Shown here: piece after piece, positions 63,696 through 64,000 of the stretch
Layout: every line of letters starts with the position of its first letter
Numbering within the stretch: position 1 is the first letter of the stretch
Translations under genes and position numbers: made by a program
Notes under the pieces: model-generated
Seen by the model: the letters and a program-made list of their open reading frames with translations, nothing else
Database searches by the model: none
Told to the model about the DNA's origin: nothing
Assembly (NCBI GenBank): GCA_046290265.1
Contig: JBKAGF010000017.1
Span: forward strand, 202 to 64,201
Direction: 5' to 3'
From: Roseovarius sp.
GTDB lineage: Bacteria; Pseudomonadota; Alphaproteobacteria; Rhodobacterales; Rhodobacteraceae
Length of the DNA: 64,000 nt

Positions 63696-64000
63696 ATGGA
63701 ACAGATCATCCTATTCGGCCCGCTTCTGGGCGCCATCATCGCGGGCTTCGGCTGGCGTGTCATCGGGGACGCGGGCGCGCAGTGGGTGACCACGGGGCTG
63801 TTGTTTCTGTCGGCCTTCCTGAGCTGGATCGTGTTCTTCAGCTTTGACGGGACCACGCAATACATCCACATCCTCGACTGGATCCAGTCGGGCGAGCTGG
63901 ACGTGGCGTGGTCGATCCGGCTGGACCGGCTGACGGCGATCATGCTGATCGTGATCACGTCGGTCTCGGCGCTGGTGCACCTTTATTCCATGGGCTACAT
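63696..64000 (+). CDS. nuoL: Complex I subunit L, 5' part (runs off window end)
   Basis: LDRLTAIML.VIT.VSALVHLYSMGY. Confidence 0.96.
   Translation, partial: MEQIILFGPLLGAIIAGFGWRVIGDAGAQWVTTGLLFLSAFLSWIVFFSFDGTTQYIHILDWIQSGELDVAWSIRLDRLTAIMLIVITSVSALVHLYSMGY

Overview
High-GC alphaproteobacterial chromosome segment with gene content and order typical of Rhodobacteraceae (Roseobacter group). It is almost all core genome: the distal dcw cluster (murG-murC-DUF2484 x2-murB-ddl-ftsQ-ftsA-ftsZ-lpxC-bamD-recN), a cobS/DnaJ/LPS/moaA/glmSU region, the leucine catabolism (liu) cluster and the complex I (nuo) operon from nuoA to a partial nuoL. I found no tRNA, rRNA, CRISPR array, integrase or transposase. 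The unexplained material lies in small accessory insertions inside core operons. (i) A ~0.6 kb cassette of two paralogous membrane-protein genes sits between two synonymous-diverged copies of the murC 3' end. (ii) A SigK/RskA-type ECF sigma + fasciclin + Tat-exported MsrB cassette splits the DnaJ-domain/cobS pair. (iii) An LbtU-like porin gene precedes nuoA. (iv) About 12 extra ORFs interleave the nuo genes, including two secreted proteins with a shared 4-Cys scaffold; a 92-nt four-way-junction hairpin element lies among them, and NuoF, DUF3291 and NuoG share a C-terminal VAAE. Several small repeat families and clear promoter/operator motifs (FnrL, EcfG-type, sigma70) are visible. nuoB, nuoF, nuoH, the NuoE-like paralog and the ECF sigma carry clustered indels that most likely reflect consensus errors, so base-level claims need read confirmation. 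All family assignments are from recalled motifs, not database searches.
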